DNA of 64,000 bases from Clostridia bacterium (GTDB lineage: Bacteria; Bacillota; Clostridia; JAAYHZ01). The DNA lies in assembly GCA_050950825.1 (NCBI GenBank), contig JBMNIH010000007.1:64001-128000 (forward strand). The letters are read 5' to 3'. Of the stretch, positions 1 through 10,855 are shown piece by piece. The position numbers and the translations under genes are program-made. Positions within the stretch are counted from its first letter, which is position 1; each line of letters starts with the position of its first letter. The notes beneath the pieces are model-generated. The model searched no databases, was not told where the DNA came from, and saw nothing but the letters and a program-made list of their open reading frames with translations.

Positions 1-86
1 TTAAGGGCTTGGGGCATGCGTTAAGACAAGCGTGGACCGTGGATGCCGGGATAAACGGTGTTTTGTCATCCAAAGGAACATTGTAA
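1..86 (+). CDS. hisB: imidazoleglycerol-phosphate dehydratase, C-terminal end (partial, 5' part outside window)
   Basis: Frame from nt 3 reads [27 protein letters not shown], matching the typical HisB C-terminus (..ALR.A...D....S[T/S]KG.L); directly upstream of hisF. Confidence 0.8.
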   Translation, partial: KGLGHALRQAWTVDAGINGVLSSKGTL

Positions 87-106
87 TTTTAGGAAGGGAA
101 GTATTT

Positions 107-874
107 ATGACGATAAAAAGAATTATTCCGTGTTTGGACGTTTTAAACGGTAAGGTGGTTAAAGGTATTCGTTTCAAAGGCATGAAGGATTTGGGGGACC
201 CGGTGGAAATAGCGAAAGCCTATGTGGAAGCCGGTGCCGATGAACTTGTGTTTTTGGATATCAACGCCACCGTCGAAGGACGAGATATCTTGATTGACTT
301 GGTAAGGAAAACGGCGGAGCAGGTTTCCATCCCCTTCGGCGTAGGCGGAGGCATTCGTTCCATGCAAGACATACGGAACGTATTGAATGCCGGTGCCGAT
401 AAGATTTCCATGTGCACGGCGGCTTTTCGGAACCCCAAGCTGATCGAAGAAAGCGCCGCCGAGTTTGGCAGCGAAAGGATTGTGCTGGCGATTGATGCGA
501 AAAAACGTGAAGACGGCAAGGGATGGAACGTCATGATTAACGGCGGCAATACGGACACCGGTATGGACGCGGTAAAATGGGCGCAGGAAGCGCAGAGATT
601 GGGCGCGGGAGAAATCTTGCTTACAAGCGTAGACCGTGACGGAACCAAAGATGGGTATGATGTGGAGCTGACAAAAACCGTAGCTCGCAATACGGATATA
701 AAGGTGACGGCATCCGGCGGTGCCGGTTCCATGGAGCATTTTTACGAAATATTGACGGAAGGCGAAGCGGATGCGGCTTTAGCGGCTTCCTTGTTCCACT
801 TTGGAATTATCGATATCGGAGAGCTTAAAAATTTTCTAAAATCAAAAGGTGTCTGTGTACGGGAAAAGAAATAA
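107..874 (+). CDS. hisF: imidazole glycerol phosphate synthase cyclase subunit
   Basis: [40 protein letters not shown] motifs; ATG at 107 after AGGAAGGG. Confidence 0.95.
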   Translation: MTIKRIIPCLDVLNGKVVKGIRFKGMKDLGDPVEIAKAYVEAGADELVFLDINATVEGRDILIDLVRKTAEQVSIPFGVGGGIRSMQDIRNVLNAGADKISMCTAAFRNPKLIEESAAEFGSERIVLAIDAKKREDGKGWNVMINGGNTDTGMDAVKWAQEAQRLGAGEILLTSVDRDGTKDGYDVELTKTVARNTDIKVTASGGAGSMEHFYEILTEGEADAALAASLFHFGIIDIGELKNFLKSKGVCVREKK

Positions 875-901
875 GTGTTAAAGTATGTGAGGGTGATAGA
901 T

Positions 902-1528
902 ATGGAGTATAACCTAAAGTTGAACGAAGCAGGTTTAATTCCGGTGATTGTAACCGATGCCAAAACCGGAGAAGTACTTATGCTGGCTTGGATGAATAAA
1001 GAAGCCTTGGACAAAACCGTAGAAACGAAAAAAGCTCATTATTACAGCCGCAGCAGGCAGGCCATATGGATGAAGGGGGAAACCTCGGGGAACGTCCAAA
1101 CCGTTGTGTCCATCAAGAAGGATTGCGACGGTGATACGCTTTTGATGGCGGTAGAACAGGAAGGTGCCGCTTGCCATACGGGAGAGCGTTCTTGCTTTTA
1201 TTCGGATCTGTTTGACGAAAATACAAAAACGGAGTCTTCGGAGCTTTACGGTGCGGCGGTGCTAAAAGAGGTTTACCGGGTGGTGACGGACCGTAAGAAG
1301 AATCCGAAGGAAGGCTCTTATACCAACTATCTTTTCGATAAAGGAATCGACAAAATATTGAAAAAGGTAGGAGAAGAGGCCTCGGAAGTGATCATTGCGG
1401 CTAAGAACAATTCGAAGGATGAAATTCGCTATGAAACGGCGGATTTGCTGTATCATTTGATTGTCATGCTCGTGGACCGCGGCTTAACGTTAGAAGAAAT
1501 CTACGGCGAATTGAAAAAACGACGTTAG
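902..1528 (+). CDS. hisIE: bifunctional phosphoribosyl-AMP cyclohydrolase/phosphoribosyl-ATP pyrophosphatase
   Basis: KGETSGN, DCDGD, ACHTG..SCF (HisI) and [15 protein letters not shown] (HisE); ATG at 902 after GAGGGTG. Confidence 0.95.
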   Translation: MEYNLKLNEAGLIPVIVTDAKTGEVLMLAWMNKEALDKTVETKKAHYYSRSRQAIWMKGETSGNVQTVVSIKKDCDGDTLLMAVEQEGAACHTGERSCFYSDLFDENTKTESSELYGAAVLKEVYRVVTDRKKNPKEGSYTNYLFDKGIDKILKKVGEEASEVIIAAKNNSKDEIRYETADLLYHLIVMLVDRGLTLEEIYGELKKRR

Positions 1529-1649
1529 AATTATTAGAAAACTACATTAATATTCGAAGGATTCGAAAGCAAGGACGAGAAATAGCCGGGTATTTCATCA
1601 CAATCGAGAAAATTTCGAATATTTAGAGAATCTGAGGGCATACTAATAT

Positions 1650-1678
1650 TTGCCTATAATCAATGCAATCTATATTAT
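1650..1678 (+). promoter_or_regulatory. sigma-A promoter of groESL
   Basis: TTGCCT-N17-TATTAT immediately upstream of CIRCE. Confidence 0.6.
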
Positions 1679-1683
1679 AGTAA

Positions 1684-1710
1684 TTAGCACTCGACCGGTA
1701 AGAGTGCTAA
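1684..1710 (+). promoter_or_regulatory. CIRCE element (HrcA operator)
   Basis: Perfect TTAGCACTC-N9-GAGTGCTAA 30 nt upstream of groES. Confidence 0.97.
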
Positions 1711-1740
1711 TATTAAGATTGAGACTATGGAGGTATATGT

Positions 1741-3665
<1,925 letters not shown>

Positions 3666-3687
3666 AAAATTTCGGATAAGCATAAAT

Positions 3688-3718
3688 AATAGGGGTCTGT
3701 CAAAGGCCCCTATTTTAT
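3688..3718 (+). terminator. groESL intrinsic terminator; its U-tract is interrupted by the group II intron
   Basis: AATAGGGGTCT/AGGCCCCTATT stem, then TTAT; T-run resumes (TCTTTTTG) after the intron end at 5631. Confidence 0.85.
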
Positions 3719-5631
3719 GTGCGCGCGGCATGCGCGCGACCTTGACGGTGAAAGTCCGTTACGGGGGTTGATAGCACCAACCGTTAGCCAAAGACAAGGG
3801 TGTCCATCGTGAGGTGGAATCTGAAGGAAGTCGGAGGCAAAATCCCGGCCTGACGAACAGGAACTTCATATGAGGCATATGCAAGTCGGACGAGTTTGCA
3901 TAACAAAACGAAGTCCAATGCTATCCGAGGCTTGCGGTGTAAATGAAGCAGGTATATGGGATGAAGGGGCGCGCGCTTACCCGCGGAGATCTGACCGGTA
4001 CGCTGAGTCGGATGAACTTCCACAAGGCAACCCGTGCAGCAATGTACGGCTGAACGGTCAGAAGTCAGCAGAGGCCATAGTACGCAGCGGTCATGAACGG
4101 AGCGGAAGGGCCGAACAACAGGAGGTTCTGAAAGATTGAAGGACTCGGGAAGGATTTGTAGAGAGCAGACAACTTCATATGAAGACTACCTGCCAGAGGC
4201 AGGGGTGGAACCCCGAGATATGGCAGGAGTGCGGAGAACCCTTCCGGCGGAAACAAACGGACAGGACAATGGAGAAGTAAGTACCTTTGATTTGCTCGAG
4301 AAGATATTGAGTAGAAACAACATGAACGCTGCCTATAAACAGGTGGTAAGGAACAAAGGCTCCCATGGAATTGACGGTATGAAGGTGGATGAACTTCTGC
4401 CATACCTGAAAGAGAAGGGCAATAATCTAATCGGGGAATTGAAGGCAGGGACGTATCGTCCCAAGCCCGTTCGGAGAGTGGAGATACCGAAACCGGACGG
4501 AGGAGTCAGGTTACTGGGGATTCCCACGGTAGTCGACAGGATGGTTCAGCAGGCCATTGCCCAAGTACTTGCATCCATATTTGACCCTGAATTCTCGGAG
4601 AACAGCTTTGGATTTCGGCCGGGAAGAAGTGCTCACCAAGCAATAAAAAGAGCACAGGGATATATAAATGAAGGGTATGACTGGGTAGTGGACATCGACC
4701 TTGCGAAATATTTTGATACTGTGAACCATGATAAACTCATGGCGCTGGTGGCAAGGAGGGTAAAAGACAAGAGGGTACTGAAGCTTATCCGGGAATATCT
4801 GAAAGCGGGCGTCATGATAAACGGGGTCGTAATCGAAACTGAAGAAGGATGCCCACAGGGCGGACCACTCAGTCCCCTGTTAAGCAACATTATGCTGAAC
4901 GAACTGGATAAAGAACTGGAGAAGAGGGGACATAAATTCTGCCGTTATGCTGATGACTGCAATATTTATGTGAGAAGCAGGAAAGCGGCTGAACGCACGA
5001 TGCAGAGTGTCACTAAATTTCTGGAAGGAAAACTGAGGTTAAGAGTTAACCGCGAGAAGAGCGCGGTTGACAGACCGTGGAAGAGAAAGTTCCTTGGATT
5101 CTCATTCTATCACGGGAAAGAAGGCGTGAGAATCCGGGTACACAAAAAGTCCGTAGAGAGATTAAAGGAAAAGATACGCAACATAACATCAAGGAGCAAC
5201 GGGGTGAGTATAGACGTTCGCCTGCAGAAGATAAAGCAACTCATCAAAGGATGGGTCAACTACTTCAGAATTGCGGACATGAAATCTCTCGCACGTTCAC
5301 TGGATGAATGGACACGCAGGCGACTGCGAATGTGTATCTGGAAACAATGGAAGAAAATCCGTACCCGTTTTCAAAATCTAGTGAAACTGGGATTGGACAG
5401 ACAGAAAGCATGGAAATTTGCCAATACAAGAAAAGGCTACTGGAGAATTGCCAATAGCCCCATACTTTCACAAACCATTACGAACGAGCGCCTTCAGAAG
5501 CGCGGATACACTGGCTTTATAGCTGAACTTGCTTAAGAAATTGAACTCTTGTTGAACCGCCGTATACCGAACGGTACGTACGGTGGTGTGGGAGGACGGC
5601 TACTCAATTAATGAGTAGTCTCCTACCCGAT
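3719..5631 (+). mobile_element. group II intron, bacterial class C (IIC), apparently full length
   Basis: 5' GTGCG at 3719; short domain V ACCGCCGTATACCGAACGGTACGTACGGTGGT (~5556-5587, CGC triad); domain VI ending CCTACCCGAT at 5631; inserted just after a terminator stem, the class C hallmark. Confidence 0.93.
4136..5536 (+). CDS. ltrA: group II intron reverse transcriptase/maturase (no endonuclease domain)
   Basis: RLLGIPTVVDR, PQGGPLSPLL, RYADD, FLGF and maturase X domain (GWVNYF); TTG start after GGAGG. Confidence 0.93.
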   Translation: MKDSGRICREQTTSYEDYLPEAGVEPRDMAGVRRTLPAETNGQDNGEVSTFDLLEKILSRNNMNAAYKQVVRNKGSHGIDGMKVDELLPYLKEKGNNLIGELKAGTYRPKPVRRVEIPKPDGGVRLLGIPTVVDRMVQQAIAQVLASIFDPEFSENSFGFRPGRSAHQAIKRAQGYINEGYDWVVDIDLAKYFDTVNHDKLMALVARRVKDKRVLKLIREYLKAGVMINGVVIETEEGCPQGGPLSPLLSNIMLNELDKELEKRGHKFCRYADDCNIYVRSRKAAERTMQSVTKFLEGKLRLRVNREKSAVDRPWKRKFLGFSFYHGKEGVRIRVHKKSVERLKEKIRNITSRSNGVSIDVRLQKIKQLIKGWVNYFRIADMKSLARSLDEWTRRRLRMCIWKQWKKIRTRFQNLVKLGLDRQKAWKFANTRKGYWRIANSPILSQTITNERLQKRGYTGFIAELA

Positions 5632-5656
5632 TCTTTTTGTATTTTATATCCTCTTG

Positions 5657-6766
5657 TCACTTATCTCCCTCAGGATACAGCATGCCTTTTAAGTGTTTGT
5701 ACAACAGCATGTTTCCGTATTGGTTAAAGTGTATATTATCGTATCGCCACAGGTTTACCGGCATTCCGGAAAACAGCGCATAGGTATCCACCACACATGC
5801 ATTCATATCTTCGGCAACCTTGTTCACTTTATCGTAATAGCTTGTCGTCACGGGGCTTTTGTGATAAATCCAGCCGTCATACTCGATGTAGTCGGAATCG
5901 TGTTCTACAGGAGGAAGCGGGAGCAGAACAAAGCCGCAATGCGGCTTGATTCCCCGCACTCGACGAATCACCGAACGCAAGGATTTTTCAAAGGTCTCCG
6001 GATCCGACAAGATGATGTCGTTTCCCGCCAAGGACAGATAAACCAAATCGGGAGCATAGCGCAATAACCGTTCTTCACAATTGTCGTCCAGCCACTTGCA
6101 TGTGGTCGACCCCTGCCCGGTCATATGGACGTAAACCGTTTCCGTCGATATGCCTACAAGAAAAATTTCGGACACCGATTGATCATGAGTATCGGGCACA
6201 AAGTTTTCAAAGCTGATTGTATTTTCTTGATTTTTAACGGCTTTCAGTTCAACGGAAAACGGTTCGAACCCCTGATGGCATTTGTTTTCTCCGGAATTTC
6301 CTACCGTAAGGGCATATTCGCCGTTCACACGGACATCAAATCGGCAAGAAGTCTTTAAAGGATTCGAAAGCATGTACAGCACGATTTTTTCAGCGGAAGC
6401 GGGATTGTATCCGACCGTCAGCTTGTCTTTTGCGGACTTTGCCGTATACCAAAGTACACGTCCGTATTGGGGAAAGACATACGACCTTTTGTAACCGCAA
6501 CGGACGGATCCCTCACCTCGGTTCACAATGTGTTTCGCCGCCAGAATGTCTCCGTGTACATACCCTTTCGAACTGTTGACAAACATGTCCCGCAAGAGAA
6601 AGGACCAGGATAACATTCCGGGAAAGCAGTCATAGCCGTTGGTCCGGGGAACCGGATCAAAGTCGTATCGGTTATAGGCGATGCTGTCGCCGGAAAAAAC
6701 AACGGTGAAAGGATCCAAGCCTCGGAGGGAACGTATGCTTTTCATCGCTTCCTCATTTTGATTCAT
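5657..6766 (-). CDS. SGNH/GDSL hydrolase family protein
   Basis: FSGDSI (block I), LAGND (block III), DNIH (block V); ATG at 6766 with AGGAGG RBS. Confidence 0.75.
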   Translation of the reverse strand: MNQNEEAMKSIRSLRGLDPFTVVFSGDSIAYNRYDFDPVPRTNGYDCFPGMLSWSFLLRDMFVNSSKGYVHGDILAAKHIVNRGEGSVRCGYKRSYVFPQYGRVLWYTAKSAKDKLTVGYNPASAEKIVLYMLSNPLKTSCRFDVRVNGEYALTVGNSGENKCHQGFEPFSVELKAVKNQENTISFENFVPDTHDQSVSEIFLVGISTETVYVHMTGQGSTTCKWLDDNCEERLLRYAPDLVYLSLAGNDIILSDPETFEKSLRSVIRRVRGIKPHCGFVLLPLPPVEHDSDYIEYDGWIYHKSPVTTSYYDKVNKVAEDMNACVVDTYALFSGMPVNLWRYDNIHFNQYGNMLLYKHLKGMLYPEGDK

Positions 6767-7173
6767 AGAAAAAACCTCCTGATCATATATATTCAATTCG
6801 ACTTTGTTGTCTATAAAAGTTATTCTTCAAGCCCTATTGATATCAAGCCGGGCTTTTTACCGGATGAAACAATAGAATTTCCTTTTCCATCCTCTTTACC
6901 CGGGATGGCAGCAATAGCGAATAAATTCATATTACCATAGTTTTCGATATTGAGAACAGAGGTGTGAAAAGTCTCGAGAAAAACTGCAAAACTGCAGGAG
7001 CTTTGTGAAAAAAGGCCTGTTCAACCAATCTTCTTAAGTGATTCCTTCACCGGCCAAAAAGCGGCATCCTTCCAATATCCTTTTTTTATTCCTTCCTTGT
7101 ATTTCGAACCTGCGATTGAAGCATCCCTTCCCCGTATGATATAATACACCTATTAACGAGACAGGAGGGTTAA

Positions 7174-8013
7174 ATGCAAACGCTTCTAAAGACATTCCGA
7201 ACCATATTCGAAAAGAAGATTTTCGTTATTCATATATCTTTTTTTGTGCTCATTGTTTGTTTGTTGGATTTGATGAATCCTTTCTATGTTCTGGTCAAAG
7301 GCTTGTTTACCGAGTTGTCGGGTAATTGGATCGACAATATGATTGTATTGGTGAACAACATCATGAATCGAAACACCATTTTATTTTATATGCTCATTAC
7401 CTTTGCCATCGCTTTGGGTTTAGGCATTGTGCTTTCCGCTTTTTTTTCCGGTATTCTCTATTTGCTCAGCAAAACCGTTGATAACAGCGATTACCGAATA
7501 AAAAGCAATGAGTATGTGAAAGGATTCTTAATGTATTTTGTTCGCTTAACGGTGGTTCTGTTCGTCATTATTTATCTGATTCTGCTTTTGTTTTTCAGCT
7601 ATTTGGTTATGATCTCTCCTACGTTGATTATAGGGAAAATTACCGAGTCCAATCCCTACGGGATCATAACATTCAAAATTTTCTTAATCGTATCCCTTGT
7701 CATCATGTATCTTTTGTTTTTAATTATACGAATTTATTTAATATATATGATACCCGCTTGCTTCAAGACAACCGGCTTTTTACGGATATCCTTGAAGGTA
7801 GCGGGCTCTTCCTTTATACACAGTCTTCTTGCTTTTTTGTTTATGGATCTTTTTTACGTGGGCATGATATCTTTTCTCGGTATCGTCCGGTCCGGATTAT
7901 TAAAATTTATTTTGGCTTTTTTAATGAATTCTTGTTTTTGGAGTACGGTTATTGTATGGTTGTTTTATCATTTTAATCATACCATTATCAAAAAGAATAT
8001 CCCCATCGATTAG
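7174..8013 (+). CDS. hypothetical integral membrane protein
   Basis: 279 aa with about six hydrophobic segments; AGGAGG RBS; TGATATAAT extended -10 upstream. Confidence 0.75.
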   Translation: MQTLLKTFRTIFEKKIFVIHISFFVLIVCLLDLMNPFYVLVKGLFTELSGNWIDNMIVLVNNIMNRNTILFYMLITFAIALGLGIVLSAFFSGILYLLSKTVDNSDYRIKSNEYVKGFLMYFVRLTVVLFVIIYLILLLFFSYLVMISPTLIIGKITESNPYGIITFKIFLIVSLVIMYLLFLIIRIYLIYMIPACFKTTGFLRISLKVAGSSFIHSLLAFLFMDLFYVGMISFLGIVRSGLLKFILAFLMNSCFWSTVIVWLFYHFNHTIIKKNIPID

Positions 8014-8703
8014 CTATTTCGCAAAATTATGCCGTCCGATTTGCAGCATGATAGGGCGTGACCATATCCAAGAGCTGGTAGCCGTTGACGGGTTGTAATA
8101 ATATACGCATCCGTGGGTGGGGTCCCAACCGTTAAGAGCGTCTTGGGCGGCACGGAAAGCCGTTTGGTCCGGAGACAAGTTGATTTGTCCGTCGGATACG
8201 GCATCAAAAGCCCCGGGCTGGTATATGACACCGGCGATGGTTTTTGGGAAGCGGCTGTCCTTAACTCGGTTTAGTACCACGGCACCGATGGCAACTTGTC
8301 CGATATAGGGCTCTCCGCGCCCCTCTCCGTGAATCAAATGAGCCAATAGGTTCAAATCGCTGTTGGATGTGGTTTGGTTCCCTCCGCCTCCGCCGGTCTG
8401 CCCCGTGGGCAGTCCTAATGCGGCTAAGGTTTGAGGACCTGCAATGCCGTCTACCTTAAGGCCGTTCTTCCTCTGAAATGCCTTTACGGCATTGGCCGTT
8501 TGATATCCGTATATCCCGTCTACTTTCCCTTTATAATATCCCCAATTTTTAAGGCGGGTTTGAATATTGGTGACTTCTTGCCCGCGAGATCCGTATTTGG
8601 ATAAAACTTCTTTGGTGTCGGTCAAGTATACATATGCCGTTATGGACAGCACCGAAATAAATGCAATGATAATGAATAAAAAGCGGGAATATTTCCTTTT
8701 CAC
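8014..8703 (-). CDS. sleB: spore cortex-lytic enzyme SleB
   Basis: Signal segment, PG-binding domain (VDGIYG..T..AV..FQ), Hydrolase_2 domain (GEGRGEPYIGQVAIGAVVLNRV, YYYNP). Confidence 0.9.
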   Translation of the reverse strand: MKRKYSRFLFIIIAFISVLSITAYVYLTDTKEVLSKYGSRGQEVTNIQTRLKNWGYYKGKVDGIYGYQTANAVKAFQRKNGLKVDGIAGPQTLAALGLPTGQTGGGGGNQTTSNSDLNLLAHLIHGEGRGEPYIGQVAIGAVVLNRVKDSRFPKTIAGVIYQPGAFDAVSDGQINLSPDQTAFRAAQDALNGWDPTHGCVYYYNPSTATSSWIWSRPIMLQIGRHNFAK

Positions 8704-8741
8704 GAATATCACTTCCTTTTTTGTACGTTTCCTTTTTAAAA

Positions 8742-8771
8742 TAGTTTGTCTTCTAAAAGAAAGAAATATTC
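8742..8771 (-). promoter_or_regulatory. sigma-G-type forespore promoter of sleB
   Basis: GAATA-N18-CAAACTA on minus strand; sleB is a known sigma-G target in Bacillus subtilis. Confidence 0.6.
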
Positions 8772-8784
8772 ATGAATCGGCGAG

Positions 8785-9057
8785 TTAAAAGTCAATCAAT
8801 ATGTAGATGATCAGAATCAGAAGAATCTTATCGTCGCTTTTGTCCTTTAGCAATACCAAAGCGAGAACCAAAAGTATGATATCGTCCAATTCGATATTAT
8901 CCTTGATCTTTCTTAGGATGGTGTTTAACGAATAATCCGGCAGCAGTTTTTCTTCCTTGCCTTTGGACAACTCGTCGGGCAACGGAATCCGACGATTGTC
9001 CGAAGGTTCGGAAGGCCTTTTAGGATTGGTATATACATTTGAACGCACCGAAACCAT
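8785..9057 (-). CDS. hypothetical protein (hydrophobic C-terminus), probably sporulation-related
   Basis: GGAGG RBS; DDIILLVL..L..D type C-terminus; last gene of a three-gene run. Confidence 0.7.
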   Translation of the reverse strand: MVSVRSNVYTNPKRPSEPSDNRRIPLPDELSKGKEEKLLPDYSLNTILRKIKDNIELDDIILLVLALVLLKDKSDDKILLILIIYILIDF

Positions 9058-9067
9058 GGCACCCTCC

Positions 9068-9391
9068 TTAATCGTTTTTAAAAAGCTCCGTAAGCATAGC
9101 TATTCTTAAGATATTGACGCATGTAGCCACCTTTTTTTGTCTTCTGCTGTTTAAAAATGGCTTAATGGCGAGAAGCAAATGAATTCTAGGGTCGTTCATT
9201 TTCTGCAGTTTTTCGATTACGTTCTTTGCGTCCCCTAATACTTCCAAGCTGTTGTCATGGGCAGGGGAAGACTTTTCTCCGTCCTCCAATTTCGACATGA
9301 AGGACTTAATCATATCCTTCATATCATCCGGGACCTTTTCTTGACCCAGCATGCCTGCTATCATATCGATTTTGTCGTCTATATCCGCCAT
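9068..9391 (-). CDS. hypothetical protein, probably sporulation-related
   Basis: AGGAGG RBS; DPRIHLLLAIKPFL..RR motif resembling conserved clostridial small proteins. Confidence 0.75.
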   Translation of the reverse strand: MADIDDKIDMIAGMLGQEKVPDDMKDMIKSFMSKLEDGEKSSPAHDNSLEVLGDAKNVIEKLQKMNDPRIHLLLAIKPFLNSRRQKKVATCVNILRIAMLTELFKND

Positions 9392-9414
9392 TTTACGCCT
9401 CCTTCATGGAATCG

Positions 9415-9738
9415 TTAGTCAAACAGCATCTTTTTCATTTTTTTCATGATTTCAGGTCCGTCTTTTCCAAGGAGCTTCTCCATGTATTCGAAATCTTTTT
9501 GGGTGAGTCTGCTTTTGACTTTATCCAAGTCGATGTTCAATTCTTTCAGCTTGCTTTTGTCAAATTCGTCGATTTTTTTATTCAGCTGTTCCAAATCGAC
9601 ATTACGCAATTTCTTTTTCAATTCTTCCGTATCTTCGTTTTTCAGCATTTCGATGGCTTTGTCGATTTTTTTGTTTACTTGCTTGCCGTTTTGCTTCATA
9701 TACCTTTCTACGAATTTAGAATCCAAGTCGTACTTCAT
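9415..9738 (-). CDS. hypothetical helical protein
   Basis: GGAGG RBS; 107 aa, charged; first gene of the three-gene run. Confidence 0.7.
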   Translation of the reverse strand: MKYDLDSKFVERYMKQNGKQVNKKIDKAIEMLKNEDTEELKKKLRNVDLEQLNKKIDEFDKSKLKELNIDLDKVKSRLTQKDFEYMEKLLGKDGPEIMKKMKKMLFD

Positions 9739-9833
9739 GTCCGTACCTCCGTATACCGTTACTTAACTTTATTCCGCTGCAAAAGGATTTATGATATTTT
9801 TGAAAAAGTAAAAACGCTTTCGCAGCATCACTT

Positions 9834-9861
9834 TAGTATATGTAGCATTTATATCTTTTGT
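9834..9861 (-). promoter_or_regulatory. sigma-K/sigma-E-type mother-cell promoter candidate
   Basis: AC-N17-CATATACTA on minus strand upstream of 9738. Confidence 0.4.
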
Positions 9862-9903
9862 GATATAATGGATAGCAAATACGGACGAGACGGAGACAAG
9901 AAT

Positions 9904-10782
9904 ATGTTTGATGTAATTGTTATTGGACAGGGGCCGGCAGGCATATCCGCCTCTTTATACACGGTACGAGGCAATTGCTCCACCTTGGTGGTAGCCAAGG
10001 ATTTCGGCTCTTTATACAAAGCGGATAAAATCGATAATTACTACGGGTTTCCCGAAACCATAAGCGGAAAAGAGTTATTGGAAAACGGAATCAAGCAAGC
10101 GAAGCGTTTGGGCGTGGAGTTCGCCCAAGATGAGATCGTGGGCATCTCTTACGACGATGCATTTAACGTTATCGGGAAACAAAACACGTATCGCGCCCGA
10201 TCGGTCATACTGGCGGTAGGCCAGCCCGGCAGAAAATTGGCTTTAAAGGGAATTAAAGAATTCGAAGGAAAAGGGATCAGCTATTGCGTCACCTGCGACG
10301 GATTCTTTTACCGGAATAAAAAAGTAGGGGTTTTAGGCTACACCGATTATGCCGTCCATGAAGCATCGGAGCTTTTAACCTATACGGAGGATATCACCCT
10401 TTTTACCAACGGCAAAAAACTCGAAGTCGATGAACAATCGGAAAAGATGCTTTCGCAGTTTAAGGTGACGGATAAGCCCATTGCTTCCGTTTCCGGCAGC
10501 GAATTTGTAGAAAAAATCGAATTTACCGACGGTACGGCGGAAGAGGTAGACGGCATCTTTGTTGCTTACGGCAGTGCCTCCGCCGTAGAGTTTGCCTTAA
10601 AACTGGGTGTTTTGACCGAAAACAATGCCATTGTAACGGAAAAGGACGGCTCTACCGGCATACCGGGGCTTTTTGCTTGCGGCGACTGCACCGGCGTATT
10701 TAAACAGATTTCGGTGGCGGTAGGTCAAGGAGCGATGGCAGGAAAAGCCGCCTTGGATTATGTAAAGAAGCTGAAAAAATAG
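9904..10782 (+). CDS. thioredoxin reductase-like NAD(P)/FAD-dependent oxidoreductase
   Basis: VIVIGQGPAG, CVTCD redox motif, FACGD; real start at 9904, not the longer ORF-track start. Confidence 0.88.
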   Translation: MFDVIVIGQGPAGISASLYTVRGNCSTLVVAKDFGSLYKADKIDNYYGFPETISGKELLENGIKQAKRLGVEFAQDEIVGISYDDAFNVIGKQNTYRARSVILAVGQPGRKLALKGIKEFEGKGISYCVTCDGFFYRNKKVGVLGYTDYAVHEASELLTYTEDITLFTNGKKLEVDEQSEKMLSQFKVTDKPIASVSGSEFVEKIEFTDGTAEEVDGIFVAYGSASAVEFALKLGVLTENNAIVTEKDGSTGIPGLFACGDCTGVFKQISVAVGQGAMAGKAALDYVKKLKK

Positions 10783-10855
10783 ACAAGGTCAGGTATAATT
10801 CGACTCCCTCCTCAATATGATTAGGACAAAGGTTATTGATGGAGGGAGTTTTCAA

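Noticed and set aside
1549-1623. AATATTCGAA/TTCGAATATT inverted repeat between hisIE and groES
   Set aside because: AT-rich 10-mer with a 55-nt spacer and no inner pairing; insufficient support.
3784-4139. Short ORFs upstream of the intron RT
   Set aside because: They fall in intron RNA domains I-III.
4136-5536. RT as a retron, DGR or defence RT
   Set aside because: It has a maturase X domain and is enclosed by canonical group II intron ends and domains V/VI.
9406-9903. N-terminal extension of the 458-aa ORF
   Set aside because: Antisense to the real gene 9415-9738; homology starts at MFDVIVIG (9904).
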